Of a stretch of DNA of 48,164 nucleotides, positions 27,289 to 38,000 are shown piece by piece. The translations under genes and the position numbers were made by a program. This stretch comes from Patescibacteria group bacterium (GTDB taxonomy: Bacteria > Patescibacteriota > Microgenomatia > Levybacterales > UBA12049), in contig JBBTTO010000003.1 in assembly GCA_038064195.1 (NCBI GenBank), positions 244,428 to 292,591 on the forward strand, written 5' to 3'. Numbering within the stretch: the first letter of the stretch is position 1; each line of letters begins with the position of its first letter. The notes beneath the pieces were generated by a model. It saw only the letters and a list, made by a program, of their open reading frames with translations. It had not been told where the DNA came from and searched no databases.

Positions 27289-28415
27289 AGGGGAAAGAGA
27301 AGTAGAAGTCCTATAATAAGTTGATACAGTTTGATATATTATAGGATTAAGTAGAGCTTGAAAGGAAAAGACGACGTCACTTTTCACAAAAATCTCGAGG
27401 CTAATTTATGGCTAATTTGAGGCTAGAAAGAGAATCTCATGCATATAATTGCATGGAGCACCAAAGCGCTAACGGCACCCTACGAAGAAAATACGAACAT
27501 CTGTTAATTTCTGAAGCTAAAAATACTAATTTAGATTGATAAATCAATCTAAATTAGAACACTATTCCGGCTCTCTCGAGGAGAAGAGGGAGAGACCTCT
27601 GTAAAATGTTGACTTTTCACAAACCCGGAGCCTATAAGGCTACACCTGTGGAGAAGAGGATAATCAGTCATTTATTCCCTCTGCTGGAGAGGGGTTATTA
27701 CAGCCTCAAATTCATGAATTTGTGAGTAATGCTAGCTGTGTTCCTCCTGACAGCGGAGGAGATTCTTACTCTATTAGAGAGGTTCTGGAAATGTCTCATC
27801 GACCACGTCGTACAATAATACTTTTACGACGCCACGCAGAGTCTCAGGGGAGGCCTAATCAAGCTCGAATTAACCACTATTATTTATATATGAGTTGGAA
27901 TTCCGTCTCTTATTATTAAGCACTCCTATTCTCCCTGGGAAGACTTATGTTATTTCTCTACCAGCTCCCTATTATAGGCCTATTATCTTAATAAGCGTTA
28001 TAATTAGGCTCAAAAAAACTTATTCCTGTTATGTGCTCATTTTGAAGGATGACCCATTGGTCGTCTCAATTAAATCACAGGCCTTCCAGGTCACTACAGG
28101 GCCTCGTATTTGAGCCTAATTTAAAAGGTTTGACACGTACTTCTGAAAGACGTTTTTAGCAGCCTAATGAAGGATATCCGACTATTGAGTCAGCATTATA
28201 TATTTTCTTTGTGAAACTTCTTTCACTATTTCTCTTAAATGATTTTATTTTTATAAGATATTCCAAATTACTACTTAATCAACGAGAATGTCATGGTGTT
28301 TTGCTCGATTAATTATAAAATTCCATAAATATTGTGCGACGTTAAGATATATGATATTTTCCCTTCATATAGATAATTTTTGCAAGACAGTTGCCATTGG
28401 GTATATACTAAGTCA
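27289..28415. other. 1.1-kb non-coding palindrome-rich region, putative replication terminus region
   Basis: No credible CDS; multiple inverted repeats; + strand switches from G-rich to C-rich; genes converge nearby; xer gene 0.7 kb away. Confidence 0.45.
27526..27557. repeat. Perfect 15-bp inverted repeat
   Basis: CTAATTTAGATTGAT-AA-ATCAATCTAAATTAG. Confidence 0.9.
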
Positions 28416-29045
28416 ATGAATCTCTCAACAGTTAAAAAAGTTATCTTCCTGTTCTTGACGCTTATTATCCTGACAATCCTGGCACTGGGTATCATGTCTT
28501 TGTCTAACTTTTTCACTAAGAAGTCCCCTTATGCGTTTACAGCCAACTCACGGACTGTTATCAAACAGCTCCAGGCGCTCAACAGGCTTGAGACAGCGCA
28601 GTTCACAATCGAAAAGGTGATTGATGCAGGGACTACGGGTAGCACTTTCCAGCAGTTTCTCTTTGGCGACAAATTACTGCTTATTGCCCAGGGGGATGTT
28701 ATCGCAGGTGTCGATCTCGCTGAGATTTCCCCAAGTGATGTTGTCGTTGAAGGTTCTACGCTACGTTTGACACTCCCCGCTGCACATATTTTAGTTACCA
28801 GTCTTAATAATGACCAGACGAGGGTCTATGATCGTCGTACAGGCCTGCTCAGTAAAGGCGATAAGGATTTAGAAGCCAAGGCTCGTGAACAGGCAGAAAG
28901 CATGATTACCCAGGCTGCATGTGATGGGCATATCCTGGATACTGCCACGACGAATGCTCGTAACCAACTGACCGCTCTTTTCAAATCAGTCGGCTTCACG
29001 ACAGTCATTATTTCGATCCCTCAAGCCGGCTGCCCTACTCAGTAA
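28416..29045 (+). CDS. DUF4230-like membrane-anchored protein
   Basis: N-terminal TM helix; LETA...EKVI...GDVIAGVDL...LTLP.A.I pattern; start moved to ATG 28416. Confidence 0.75.
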   Translation: MNLSTVKKVIFLFLTLIILTILALGIMSLSNFFTKKSPYAFTANSRTVIKQLQALNRLETAQFTIEKVIDAGTTGSTFQQFLFGDKLLLIAQGDVIAGVDLAEISPSDVVVEGSTLRLTLPAAHILVTSLNNDQTRVYDRRTGLLSKGDKDLEAKAREQAESMITQAACDGHILDTATTNARNQLTALFKSVGFTTVIISIPQAGCPTQ

Positions 29046-29065
29046 ATTCCAAGCGTCGTACAATA

Positions 29066-29094
29066 TTGACTCCCCTTCCCTTTTCCTGCATACT
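29066..29094 (+). promoter_or_regulatory. Sigma70 promoter of xer
   Basis: TTGACT-17-CATACT; the 5' UTR contains (NNATTCT)n heptamers at 29109-29142. Confidence 0.55.
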
Positions 29095-29146
29095 GAGTAG
29101 TAATTACTGATTCTGAATTCTTAATTCTAGATTCTTAATTCTTTTT

Positions 29147-30124
29147 ATGCCCGCTGCCCTACCTGAACTTGTGGATCAATTTTTAGAGTACTTGGAGATT
29201 GAAAAAAACTCTTCCAAGCTTACGATTCGTGATTACCGTCACTATTTAGATACATTCGTTGCCTGGCATACCCGCACTCTCCCCGATCAGCCGATTGAGA
29301 AATTAAATTTAGACAATATCCGCAAATACCGTTTTTTTCTGGCTAACAAGACTGACGGACACGGCCAAAATCTCAAAAAAGTGACGCAAAACTACTACGT
29401 CATCGCTCTTCGCTCGCTCCTTCGTTATCTCATTAAAAATGATATTGCCACCCTTGAACCGTCCAAAATTGATTTACCAAAAACCGAAAGTAGAAGTTTG
29501 AAATTTCTCGAGCGTGATCAAATCGAACGTCTTGTCGTCATGCCTGATACCGGTAAAATTGATGGCCTGCGCGATCGGGCAATCCTCGAACTTCTTTTCT
29601 CAACCGGTCTTCGTGTTTCGGAATTAGTTTCGCTTAACCACGAACAGATAAATTTAGACAGGCGTGAATTCGGTATTATCGGCAAAGGTCGCAAGTCTCG
29701 GATTGTCTTTGTCTCCTCCCGTGCCGCTGATTGGATTGCCCGTTATCTGACTGCACGTAAGGACACCTACAAACCTCTTTTTATCCGCTATTCAGGGCCC
29801 GAGATAGACCTTGATGAAGGTGAAAAAATGCGCCTGACTGCGCGAAGTGTTGAGCGTGTGGTCAAAAAATACGTCCGTTTGGCCAGACTTCCGGTTGATG
29901 CAAGTGTTCATACCCTCCGCCACTCTTTTGCTACAGACCTTTTGACAAATGGAGCCGATCTGCGCTCTGTTCAGGAGATGTTAGGTCACAAAAATATCGC
30001 GACGACTCAAATTTACACCCACATCACCAATAAACAGCTGCGTGAGGTCCATAACTCATTCCATAGCGGGAATAAAGCCTCAAGTAGTCCGCCTAAAGCA
30101 GCCTCAGCTCTAGATAAGGCTTAG
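29147..30124 (+). CDS. Tyrosine recombinase XerC/XerD family
   Basis: RDRAILELLFSTGLRVSEL, GKGRKSR, HTLRHSFATDLL and LGH...TTQIYTH; full catalytic set R-K-H-R-H-Y. Confidence 0.93.
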   Translation: MPAALPELVDQFLEYLEIEKNSSKLTIRDYRHYLDTFVAWHTRTLPDQPIEKLNLDNIRKYRFFLANKTDGHGQNLKKVTQNYYVIALRSLLRYLIKNDIATLEPSKIDLPKTESRSLKFLERDQIERLVVMPDTGKIDGLRDRAILELLFSTGLRVSELVSLNHEQINLDRREFGIIGKGRKSRIVFVSSRAADWIARYLTARKDTYKPLFIRYSGPEIDLDEGEKMRLTARSVERVVKKYVRLARLPVDASVHTLRHSFATDLLTNGADLRSVQEMLGHKNIATTQIYTHITNKQLREVHNSFHSGNKASSSPPKAASALDKA

Positions 30125-30885
30125 AGAGTTTCGTAAAAGAGGGTGACGGTTATACTTACTTTATTCTCCCCCGGTTGCAGTTGGGTTGGTGCAACAGGTG
30201 CAGTTCCCCCACCTGCATTGAATGCCATTTTGTCATACATGATTGGTCCGGGAGTACCCGAGTTGACTGATATATTGATAACCCGACCGAGTTTTATGCC
30301 GGCTTGATTACTTATCTTTTGAGCTTTTTCTTTCGCCTGTTTGATAGCCAGTGCGCGTGCTTTGTCCTCAAGCTTTGTCTTTTCATCATCATTGAGCGTA
30401 AATGTTACGCCGCTGATGATATTAGCTCCGCTTGCTGTAGCTGTGTCTAATGCTTTGTTGGCCTTATTTGCATCCTTTAGTGTAACAGTCATGGTCGTAT
30501 CGACTGTATATCCGGTAGTTGTCTGACGTGATAAAGAATAGTCGATATTAGGATTGACACTATAGTTGGTTGTTTTGATGTCGCTACCTGCTATCCCCAG
30601 ATCTTTTAAAGCGGCTGTGATTTTGGTAACTGCCTGATTTACCTGTGTCTGCGCTTCCTCAACAGTGGCAGCCGTCTTGTTGACCCCTACCACAAATTGT
30701 GCACTATCGGGGGTGCCTGTGGCCTCACCCAGCCCCTCGACCGTGAAGAAATCTGTTTTTTGTGTCATTACGCTGGTAACAGCAAAGGGTATCGGACCAA
30801 AAAGCTTAACCGTGACGAAAAAAAGGACAAGTGAAATTAATACTGTGAGGATAGGCACTTTGAGGCGGTCAATGAGGGACGGCAT
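30121..30885 (-). CDS. SIMPL (DUF541) domain protein
   Basis: TVEGLGEA..TPD.A, DIKTTNYSVNP, AIKQAKEKA and PGENKV; start moved to ATG 30885 behind TTGACA-17-TACTCT. Confidence 0.85.
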   Translation of the reverse strand: MPSLIDRLKVPILTVLISLVLFFVTVKLFGPIPFAVTSVMTQKTDFFTVEGLGEATGTPDSAQFVVGVNKTAATVEEAQTQVNQAVTKITAALKDLGIAGSDIKTTNYSVNPNIDYSLSRQTTTGYTVDTTMTVTLKDANKANKALDTATASGANIISGVTFTLNDDEKTKLEDKARALAIKQAKEKAQKISNQAGIKLGRVINISVNSGTPGPIMYDKMAFNAGGGTAPVAPTQLQPGENKVSITVTLFYETL

Positions 30886-30987
30886 GGTTATAGAGTAGAG
30901 GTTTTGGTTTGAAGTGTCAATCTTTGAACGTTCAGGGGGGGCCACCTCGCATTAGCTTGTTTGGCGAGGAGTCACCCCTTCACTTGC

Positions 30988-32088
30988 TTACTGCCATTTG
31001 AAAGTACGACTCGCCAGGATATACATGATAAGCCCCCAGATCAGAAGGCCGAGGAGATAAGGATAGGTCTCGTGAAAAGTCCCCCCTTCTGTTGTAACCT
31101 TTCTCACGGCTAAATTGAAATAAGAAAGCGGCAAATTATTGGCAACAGGTTGAAGCCATGCGGGCAGTGAGTCAGTCGGGAAAAATGTTCCCGAGAGAAG
31201 AAATTGCGGTAAAGTGATCAGGTTGGTCAGCGGACTGGCTGCATTCTCATCGCTTGAAAGTCCCGCGATAAAGTAGCCAAAGCCGAGGAAAGCGACCAGC
31301 CCGAAGGCTGAAAGAATTATCAGTTCTAAAAGAGTTATTATTCCATGCGGAAGATAAAATTTAAATACGACAACACCTATCACTAAGATGAGAATTGTTT
31401 GGAGTAAGGCCACAATCAGCCTGCTTGTTCCCTGAGAAAGGAGAATAGTCATTGCCTTTGTTGGTGTGGCAAACATCCTTTTAAGCACGAGGGCTTTTTT
31501 CAAATAGATCAGGCCAAAGACCGTACCGAAAATGGCTGTTGAGAGTATTGAAAAGCCTATTTGTCCAGGAAGTGCAAAGTCTATGTAGCGCACCTGTCGT
31601 CCGGCAATTTCCTGCTGGGTTATTGTGATTGGAGGCTCTATAACACCGCTGAGGGCTAGATTTTGCTGATCGATAATGCCGCGCATGATTCCTTGGACTT
31701 GAGCCGTTTGAATTGCGTTGGCACTTGAGGTTAGCAGGTTGACTACATAGGAGGAATTAGTTCCCGATGTGACTTTGATAATTCCGCTGACTTTACCTTG
31801 TTTGAGCTCTTTTTCAAGGCTTGCTTCATCTGCCTGATTGACCGTGATATAGCCTGACTGTTTTTTGAGTACTTGGACGATCGGGTTATTTTGGTCAATG
31901 TTACTCGGGATACCGATTGTTACTTTCGGGGTACCGCCTCCTATCACTCCGAAAATACTGATAAAGACTATCGGGAAAATAAAGCCAAAGAAAAAAGTAG
32001 CCGGATTACGAGTCTGTGCACGCAGTGACGAATAAGTCAGCCAAAGATAGGCTTTCCATTGCCCTGGTTTTCTGAATTGTTTACTCAT
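30988..32088 (-). CDS. ABC-2 type exporter permease
   Basis: YIDFALPG, LKRMFATP and FLLSGTFFP...LPAWLQ. Confidence 0.9.
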   Translation of the reverse strand: MSKQFRKPGQWKAYLWLTYSSLRAQTRNPATFFFGFIFPIVFISIFGVIGGGTPKVTIGIPSNIDQNNPIVQVLKKQSGYITVNQADEASLEKELKQGKVSGIIKVTSGTNSSYVVNLLTSSANAIQTAQVQGIMRGIIDQQNLALSGVIEPPITITQQEIAGRQVRYIDFALPGQIGFSILSTAIFGTVFGLIYLKKALVLKRMFATPTKAMTILLSQGTSRLIVALLQTILILVIGVVVFKFYLPHGIITLLELIILSAFGLVAFLGFGYFIAGLSSDENAASPLTNLITLPQFLLSGTFFPTDSLPAWLQPVANNLPLSYFNLAVRKVTTEGGTFHETYPYLLGLLIWGLIMYILASRTFKWQ

Positions 32089-32168
32089 AAATATAATTTA
32101 AATCGTAAAGCGAAAAATTTAAAACAAAATACATTTTATTTTACGTTTTTACTTTTAAGTTTTGCATT

Positions 32169-32939
32169 TTATTCATCTCTTAACGTCCTCCCTGTCAAAT
32201 GCAGAAAGACATCTTCAAGCGTTGCAGGCTGAGGTTCTACCTTCTTCTTAAATCCGCCTTCCAGTAGCTCGTCAATCATCTTTTTAGGCGTTCCTATCTT
32301 GACGATCTTGCCGTGATCCATAATAGCCAGTCTGCTACACAGCTGCTCTGCCTCTTCCATATAATGGGTAGTCAGGACGATAGTCGTACCGGTCTTATTT
32401 ATCTCCCTCACCATCTCCCAGAGGTTGATACGGGCATGGGGATCAAGTCCTGTTGTCGGTTCGTCCAGGAAGATAACTCGGGGGTTGTTAACGAGGGTGG
32501 TCGCAATTGAAAAGCGTTGGCGCTGGCCCCCTGATAACTTATTGGCAAACGATTTGGCTTTATCTTCTAACTGTACTTTTTTAAGCATTTCCATGGCATT
32601 TGTTTTGACGTCATACATCGCAGCAAACATATTGAGGAGTTCAATCAGATTGAGTTCAGGGTAGAAGCTGGCCTGCTGGAGTTGTACTCCGATACGGGCT
32701 TTGACTTCCCAGGGATGCTCAGCCACATTGATCCCGTCGACGATGACTTCGCCATCTGTAGCTTTTTGCAGTGTCTCAATAATTTCAAGGGTTGTTGTCT
32801 TCCCTGCCCCATTTGGACCGAGGATGCCGAAGATCTCACCCTCTTTAACCTCAAATGAAATGGTATCAACAGCTGTAAAATCGCCAAACTTTTTAGTAAG
32901 ATTACTGACTTTGATAATCGGTTCTTTGTTTGTTGTCAT
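32169..32939 (-). CDS. ABC exporter ATP-binding protein
   Basis: GPNGAGKTT, LSGGQ, FLDEPTTGLD and TTHYMEEA. Confidence 0.94.
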   Translation of the reverse strand: MTTNKEPIIKVSNLTKKFGDFTAVDTISFEVKEGEIFGILGPNGAGKTTTLEIIETLQKATDGEVIVDGINVAEHPWEVKARIGVQLQQASFYPELNLIELLNMFAAMYDVKTNAMEMLKKVQLEDKAKSFANKLSGGQRQRFSIATTLVNNPRVIFLDEPTTGLDPHARINLWEMVREINKTGTTIVLTTHYMEEAEQLCSRLAIMDHGKIVKIGTPKKMIDELLEGGFKKKVEPQPATLEDVFLHLTGRTLRDE

Positions 32940-33126
32940 CTACATGATTGTAACAAAAATAATTATACAAGTGAGTAGTCTTATCCTGCGCCGTTCATAC
33001 TATAGGTTGATATATTGTACGTTTATTGCTATACTTGATTTGTTAGTGGGGTAAACGGTCATTTTTGGAATTATCTAATATCCATTAACATCAAATTAAT
33101 TGCACATTTATAACTTGCTAAATATA

Positions 33127-33178
33127 TCCCTGTGAGCCAGATGCTAAGCATATGTGAATGGTGTCTGGCTCACAGGGA
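33127..33178. repeat. Long GC-rich hairpin upstream of the CPBP gene
   Basis: TCCCTGTGAGCCAGA ... TCTGGCTCACAGGGA, perfect 15-bp arms. Confidence 0.85.
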
Positions 33179-33226
33179 GCAAACTCAATCGATCAGATGC
33201 GATAAAACTGCGGGAGGAATTTGGAG

Positions 33227-33823
33227 ATGCCTTTGTTCAGCCTCGAAATCTTTGATCTCATGATGCATGCGATTGTTGCATGTATTACGATCGAGCTCGC
33301 TACGGTCATCTACCGGAGCCGGAATAGAATACTCAATGCCTACCGGCAAATCAGTATTCTCCTCCTTTTTCAGGATTTCCTGGTGCTTTGTCTGGTGATG
33401 GGCACTGCTTATGCGCTGCTCAGCTATGACTCTTCACAAATGTCGTGGTCATGGCTGAACTATCTCGGATCCAGCGGTTCCAATGTGGTAACGGCTGGAT
33501 CAAACATCAAGTACTTCGGCATCATCTTTTGCTTTCTCTTTTTGTTCGCTTTGCCGGGTTTGGCGAGGTATGAAGAGATGGTATTCCGTCTGGGTACCAG
33601 GAGCTGGAAGGATGGGATACCCAGAAGTCTCGGCTTTGGCCTTGCTCATATGCTCATGGGTGTATCACTGGGCGTGGCACTGCCTCTGTCGATTGGTGGA
33701 GTTTTCTTCACCTGTCAGTACTTCAAAGGAGGGGTTGAACGTTCAACTCAAGCTCACTTCCAGTACAATCTGATCGCGGTTTCGCTCTTGACGATTAACA
33801 GCATCGTCATCACCTTCTCGTGA
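33227..33823 (+). CDS. CPBP (Abi/CAAX protease-like) intramembrane metalloprotease
   Basis: EEMVFR, FGLAH and AHFQYN motifs; SD GGGAGG 9 nt before ATG 33227. Confidence 0.75.
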   Translation: MPLFSLEIFDLMMHAIVACITIELATVIYRSRNRILNAYRQISILLLFQDFLVLCLVMGTAYALLSYDSSQMSWSWLNYLGSSGSNVVTAGSNIKYFGIIFCFLFLFALPGLARYEEMVFRLGTRSWKDGIPRSLGFGLAHMLMGVSLGVALPLSIGGVFFTCQYFKGGVERSTQAHFQYNLIAVSLLTINSIVITFS

Positions 33824-33984
33824 TGGCTCCGACTTATTGTTGGAGCGGTGAAGAGCTTAGCAAGGAAAGGAGAGTGTACGGGCACTTTAGAGTAAAACGA
33901 AGAAGGGTCATGAGCCATGCCTCACGTTTTTACGTGACAAGCAAGACTTCAGCGATCTCGTTTTCACTGAAGTGCCCTTTTTCC

Positions 33985-35064
33985 TTAGGAGTCTTCTTCA
34001 ATTGATTTGTCCTTTGTCAGGAGTTGTCCAAAACCAGCTTCCGCAGTAATTTTTCCGGCATCAAAGACTTTTTTACCGTGAAGAGTAATTCTGAGGAGTT
34101 TTCCTTTCATTTTCCAGCCGTTAAAAGGCGTCCATTTGGACTTAGACTGCATTTTGCTTTGATCGATCACATATTCCTCTTCAGGATCAATCTCGATATA
34201 CGTATCAGGTCCCTGATCGATGCCGAAAACTGTCTTAGGGCCTGTATGGCAAAGCCTTACGACATCTTCAATGGTAAGCGCGTCCTGTGAGACAGCCGTA
34301 AGCAGAAGCGGGAGCGTTGTCTCAAGTCCCGGGATACCGTTTGGCGGATTATCGGAGTTTTTTTCCTCTAAAGTATGTGGCGCGTGATCTGATTCGATGA
34401 GGTCAATTGAGGCAAGATTTTCCCACAAAAAATCGACATCTACTTGAGGTCTGAGGGGCGGTCGCATCATCGCAAAGACGCCATATTGTTTGAAGTGCTT
34501 TTCAGACAGAAAAAGATGATGCGGTGTCACTCCGCAGGTGACCGGTAAGCCTTTGTCTTTTGCTTCAATTACCCGCTTTAACTCATAGGCAGTGCTCATG
34601 TGGCAGAGATGAACTTTGCGCGGATGTTGTTTAACGATATCGAGGACATCATCGAAAGTCTGCTCTTCTGCATGGAAAAGGATCGGGAGTTCCTCAGGCC
34701 AGCACTCAAAGATTTCAGACAAATGTTTTTTATCCAATAAGAAATTGCCGGTTGTCTGATTAAGATAGAGTTTGAGTCCTAATACTTTCCCTTTTACTTT
34801 GTCAAACTCATCAAGGTTATCCCCCATGCTACCAAAATAAAATCCCAGGTCACATACTATCTGTGTACTTGCGGTTTTTTGTTTTTCTTCAAGCTTTTCT
34901 TTAGTAGTAATGGGAACTTTGTTATTTGGCATGTCAACTATTGCGCTAAAGCCTCCTGCTAGTGCTGCCGCAGTACCCGTGTAGAAATCTTCTTTTTCGG
35001 TTTGACCGGGGTCACGGAGATGAACGTGGGGGTCGATGAGTCCCGGAAGTCTAACAGTCGGCAT
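33985..35064 (-). CDS. pyrC: Dihydroorotase, CAD-type
   Basis: LPGLIDPHVHLRDPG, GLKLYLN, PHHLFL, SDHAPH, PGLET and WTPFNG. Confidence 0.92.
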   Translation of the reverse strand: MPTVRLPGLIDPHVHLRDPGQTEKEDFYTGTAAALAGGFSAIVDMPNNKVPITTKEKLEEKQKTASTQIVCDLGFYFGSMGDNLDEFDKVKGKVLGLKLYLNQTTGNFLLDKKHLSEIFECWPEELPILFHAEEQTFDDVLDIVKQHPRKVHLCHMSTAYELKRVIEAKDKGLPVTCGVTPHHLFLSEKHFKQYGVFAMMRPPLRPQVDVDFLWENLASIDLIESDHAPHTLEEKNSDNPPNGIPGLETTLPLLLTAVSQDALTIEDVVRLCHTGPKTVFGIDQGPDTYIEIDPEEEYVIDQSKMQSKSKWTPFNGWKMKGKLLRITLHGKKVFDAGKITAEAGFGQLLTKDKSIEEDS

Positions 35065-35076
35065 ATACATATTCTA

Positions 35077-38000
35077 TCACGCTACTCGATATTCGTCCCA
35101 GGCTTTAATAGGAAGATCATCCAGTTTTTTCTCACTGAGTGCTTTGAGAAAGAGCACAGACTTTTGCTGATTGGTGAAGACTGCGATGTTATTGTCAATT
35201 GCCGCCCGTCGTATTTTATACCCGTCGTTGATATCTTTTTTGAGATCAAGATCCGGGATATTGATGACCAGGTCTATTTTGCCGGATTTGAAAAAATCAA
35301 TAACATTGGGAGTTTTTTTCTCATAGAGTTTGTAGACTCTTTTGGCACGCAGTCCGTATTTCCTCAGGAGTTTAGCGGTTTTTTCTGTTGCGAAGATCGG
35401 TAAATCGACTTCAAATAGATATGAGATCGCACTTTCGAGGAATCGGTATTTATTAATGTCTCCTCCGACACTGAGAAATATCCCCTTTTCCGGAATTTTG
35501 ACTCCGACACTCAGCTCGGCTTTGAGAAATGCTTCTTCGATGTCATCACCAAAACATGCTACCTCGCCGGTTGAGGCCATTTCGACTCCCAAAATAGGAT
35601 CTGCGCCTGTTAGCCTCGCGAATGAGAACTGAGCGGCTTTGACCGCTACGAAATCAAGATCCAGGACGTTGCTATTTATTGCTTTGACGGGACGATTAAA
35701 AAATGCGTCGGTTGCCATATCAATTAAGTTGTAACCGATAACTTTGGAGGTAAAGGGAAAAGTTCGCGAAGAACGCAAATTGATCTCGATAATTGCTATC
35801 TCGTTTTGTTTGGCCAGGCACTGGATATTAAATGGTCCGGTGATAGTAAGCGCGCGCGCGATGTCTTTCGTCATTTTACGGATTTTTCGGATGGTCTCCA
35901 CATAGAGCCTCTGCGGCGGGAGTGCAACCGTTGCGTCTCCTGAATGTACACCCGCGTGTTCTATATGTTCGGATACTATGAGTGCTTTGACCTCCCCTTG
36001 GGAAGCCACACAGTCGACCTCAATCTCTTCAGCGCCTTCGATAAATTTAGAGATGGTCACCGGATATTCTCTGGAAATACTGGCTACTTCCCTCAAAAAA
36101 TCGATTAACTCGAGCTCTGAGTGGCAGATTTTCATACTTTGTCCTGAGAGGACATACGAAGGACGGATAAGGACCGGGAAGCCGACCTTTTTGGCAAATT
36201 TGCTGGCATTCTCACTGGTTGTCAGGTTGTTCCAGGCAGGTTGCCTGATGTCCAGTTCGTCAAGGAGTGCTGAAAACCGTGTTCTATTCTCCGCCCGATC
36301 GATATTGTCAGGATCTGTCCCGAGAAGTGGCGCGCCATATGCTTTAAGCGCCTTAGCCCGATTATTCGGAGTTTGCCCTCCGACTGAGATAATGATTCCG
36401 AAGGATTGCTCAAAGTCATAAATATCCGCAATTCGTTCAAAAGTCAGCTCCTCAAAATACAGCCTGTCTGAGATATCATAATCAGTCGAGACTGTTTCGG
36501 GATTACAATTAATGACAATTGATTCTTTCCCGTGTTCCTTCATACGTCTGACTGTACTCACGCTCGTCCAGTCAAACTCAACTGATGACCCGATCCGGTA
36601 AGGGCCGGAACCCAGCACGATTACCCCTTTTTTCCCAAGCGGGGCTATATCATGGTGTGAGCCGTTATACGTGAGGTAAAGATAATTAGTTTTGGCCGGA
36701 AATTCACCCGCAAGGGTATCTATTTGAAAGACACTGGGCAGGACCACCAACCTTTTTCGAAGTGTCCGGATTTCAAGACCGGTTTTGCCGACTAGCATTC
36801 CGATTCTTTTATCCGATAGACCAATTTCTTTGAGCTTTTGTACCTTTTTTTTTGAGAGTCTCCCCCCCATCTTCAGTGACTTTTCACAGTCTACAATATT
36901 TTTAATCCTGAACAGGAACCAGGGATCAATTCCGGTCAGAGTGTAAATCTCCTCGACTGTCATTTCAATCAGGAATGCCTCGGCAAGCGCGAACATTCGA
37001 TTCGGAGTCGGTTTTCTCAACGTATCCTTAAGCTGTTCGCGTGTCGTGTGTTCAAAAAGCTTGTTATTGATTGCTCCCTCAAAATCCAGGTCAAGCATGC
37101 GGATAGCTTTTTGATATGCTTCCTCAAATGTTCGCCCTATCCCCATCACTTCCCCGACTGATTTCATGCTGCTTCCGATAGTGTCCTCAGCGAGCTTGAA
37201 TTTATTGATATCCCAGCGGGGAATTTTGACTGTCAGATAATCAAGTGCCGGCTCAAAACAAAACTGAGTAGTTTGTGTCACTTTATTGGTAAGCTCAGTT
37301 AAGTTCTTGCCCAAAGCCAATTTAGCCGCAACATAAGCGAGTGGATAACCTGTTGCCTTACTTGCTAAAGCGCTGCTGCGTGACAGACGCGCGTTCATCT
37401 CGATGACGTAGTAATCAAAAGGGACATAGGGGTCAGAAGAGCCGGAAGTACCAAATGCCTTTCCCTCCTTTGTCTCTTTTGTCCCATTTGCCCCTTCTGG
37501 ATGTGGATTTAGCGCAAATTGGACGTTACATTCACCGATAACTCCCAGGCTGCGGACGATTTTAATCGCGATTGATCTGAGGGTATGATACTCAAAGTTA
37601 GTGAGTGTTTGGCTGGGAGCGATGACGATTGACTCACCGGTATGGATACCCAGCGGATCCATATTCTCCATATTGCAGACCGCGATGCAATTATCGAATT
37701 TATCACGCACCACCTCATACTCGACTTCCTTATAATGATGTAGATATTTCTCAACCAATATCTGTTTGACAAAAGAAAATGCCTGATCTGTTATGGCCTT
37801 CAGCTCTTTCTCATTACTGGCTATACCTGAGCCCTGCCCCCCGAGTGAAAAGCCTGATCTGAGCATTACAGGATAGCCGAGTTGACGGGCGGTCGTTACT
37901 GCCTGTTCTGTCGTCCGCGCGACTTTACTAATCGGTGTTTTGACATCAATTTTACGAAGGTGTTTGGCAAATGCCTGACGGTCTTCAGTAAGTTCAATAG

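Noticed and set aside
27289-28415. Canonical 28-bp dif site, CRISPR array, or the short ORFs at 27722-28113
   Set aside because: No 11-6-11 match with a TTATGTTAAAT-like arm was found by eye; there are no regularly spaced direct repeats; the ORFs are short and lack start signals or protein-like features.
29147-30124. Tyrosine recombinase as the integrase of a prophage, integron or island
   Set aside because: The sequence is XerC/D-like without the integron-integrase insertion; no phage genes, attC array or flanking direct repeats are visible.
33127-33178. attC site or intrinsic terminator
   Set aside because: No RYYYAAC/GTTRRRY ends or extrahelical bases, and no U-tract on either side.
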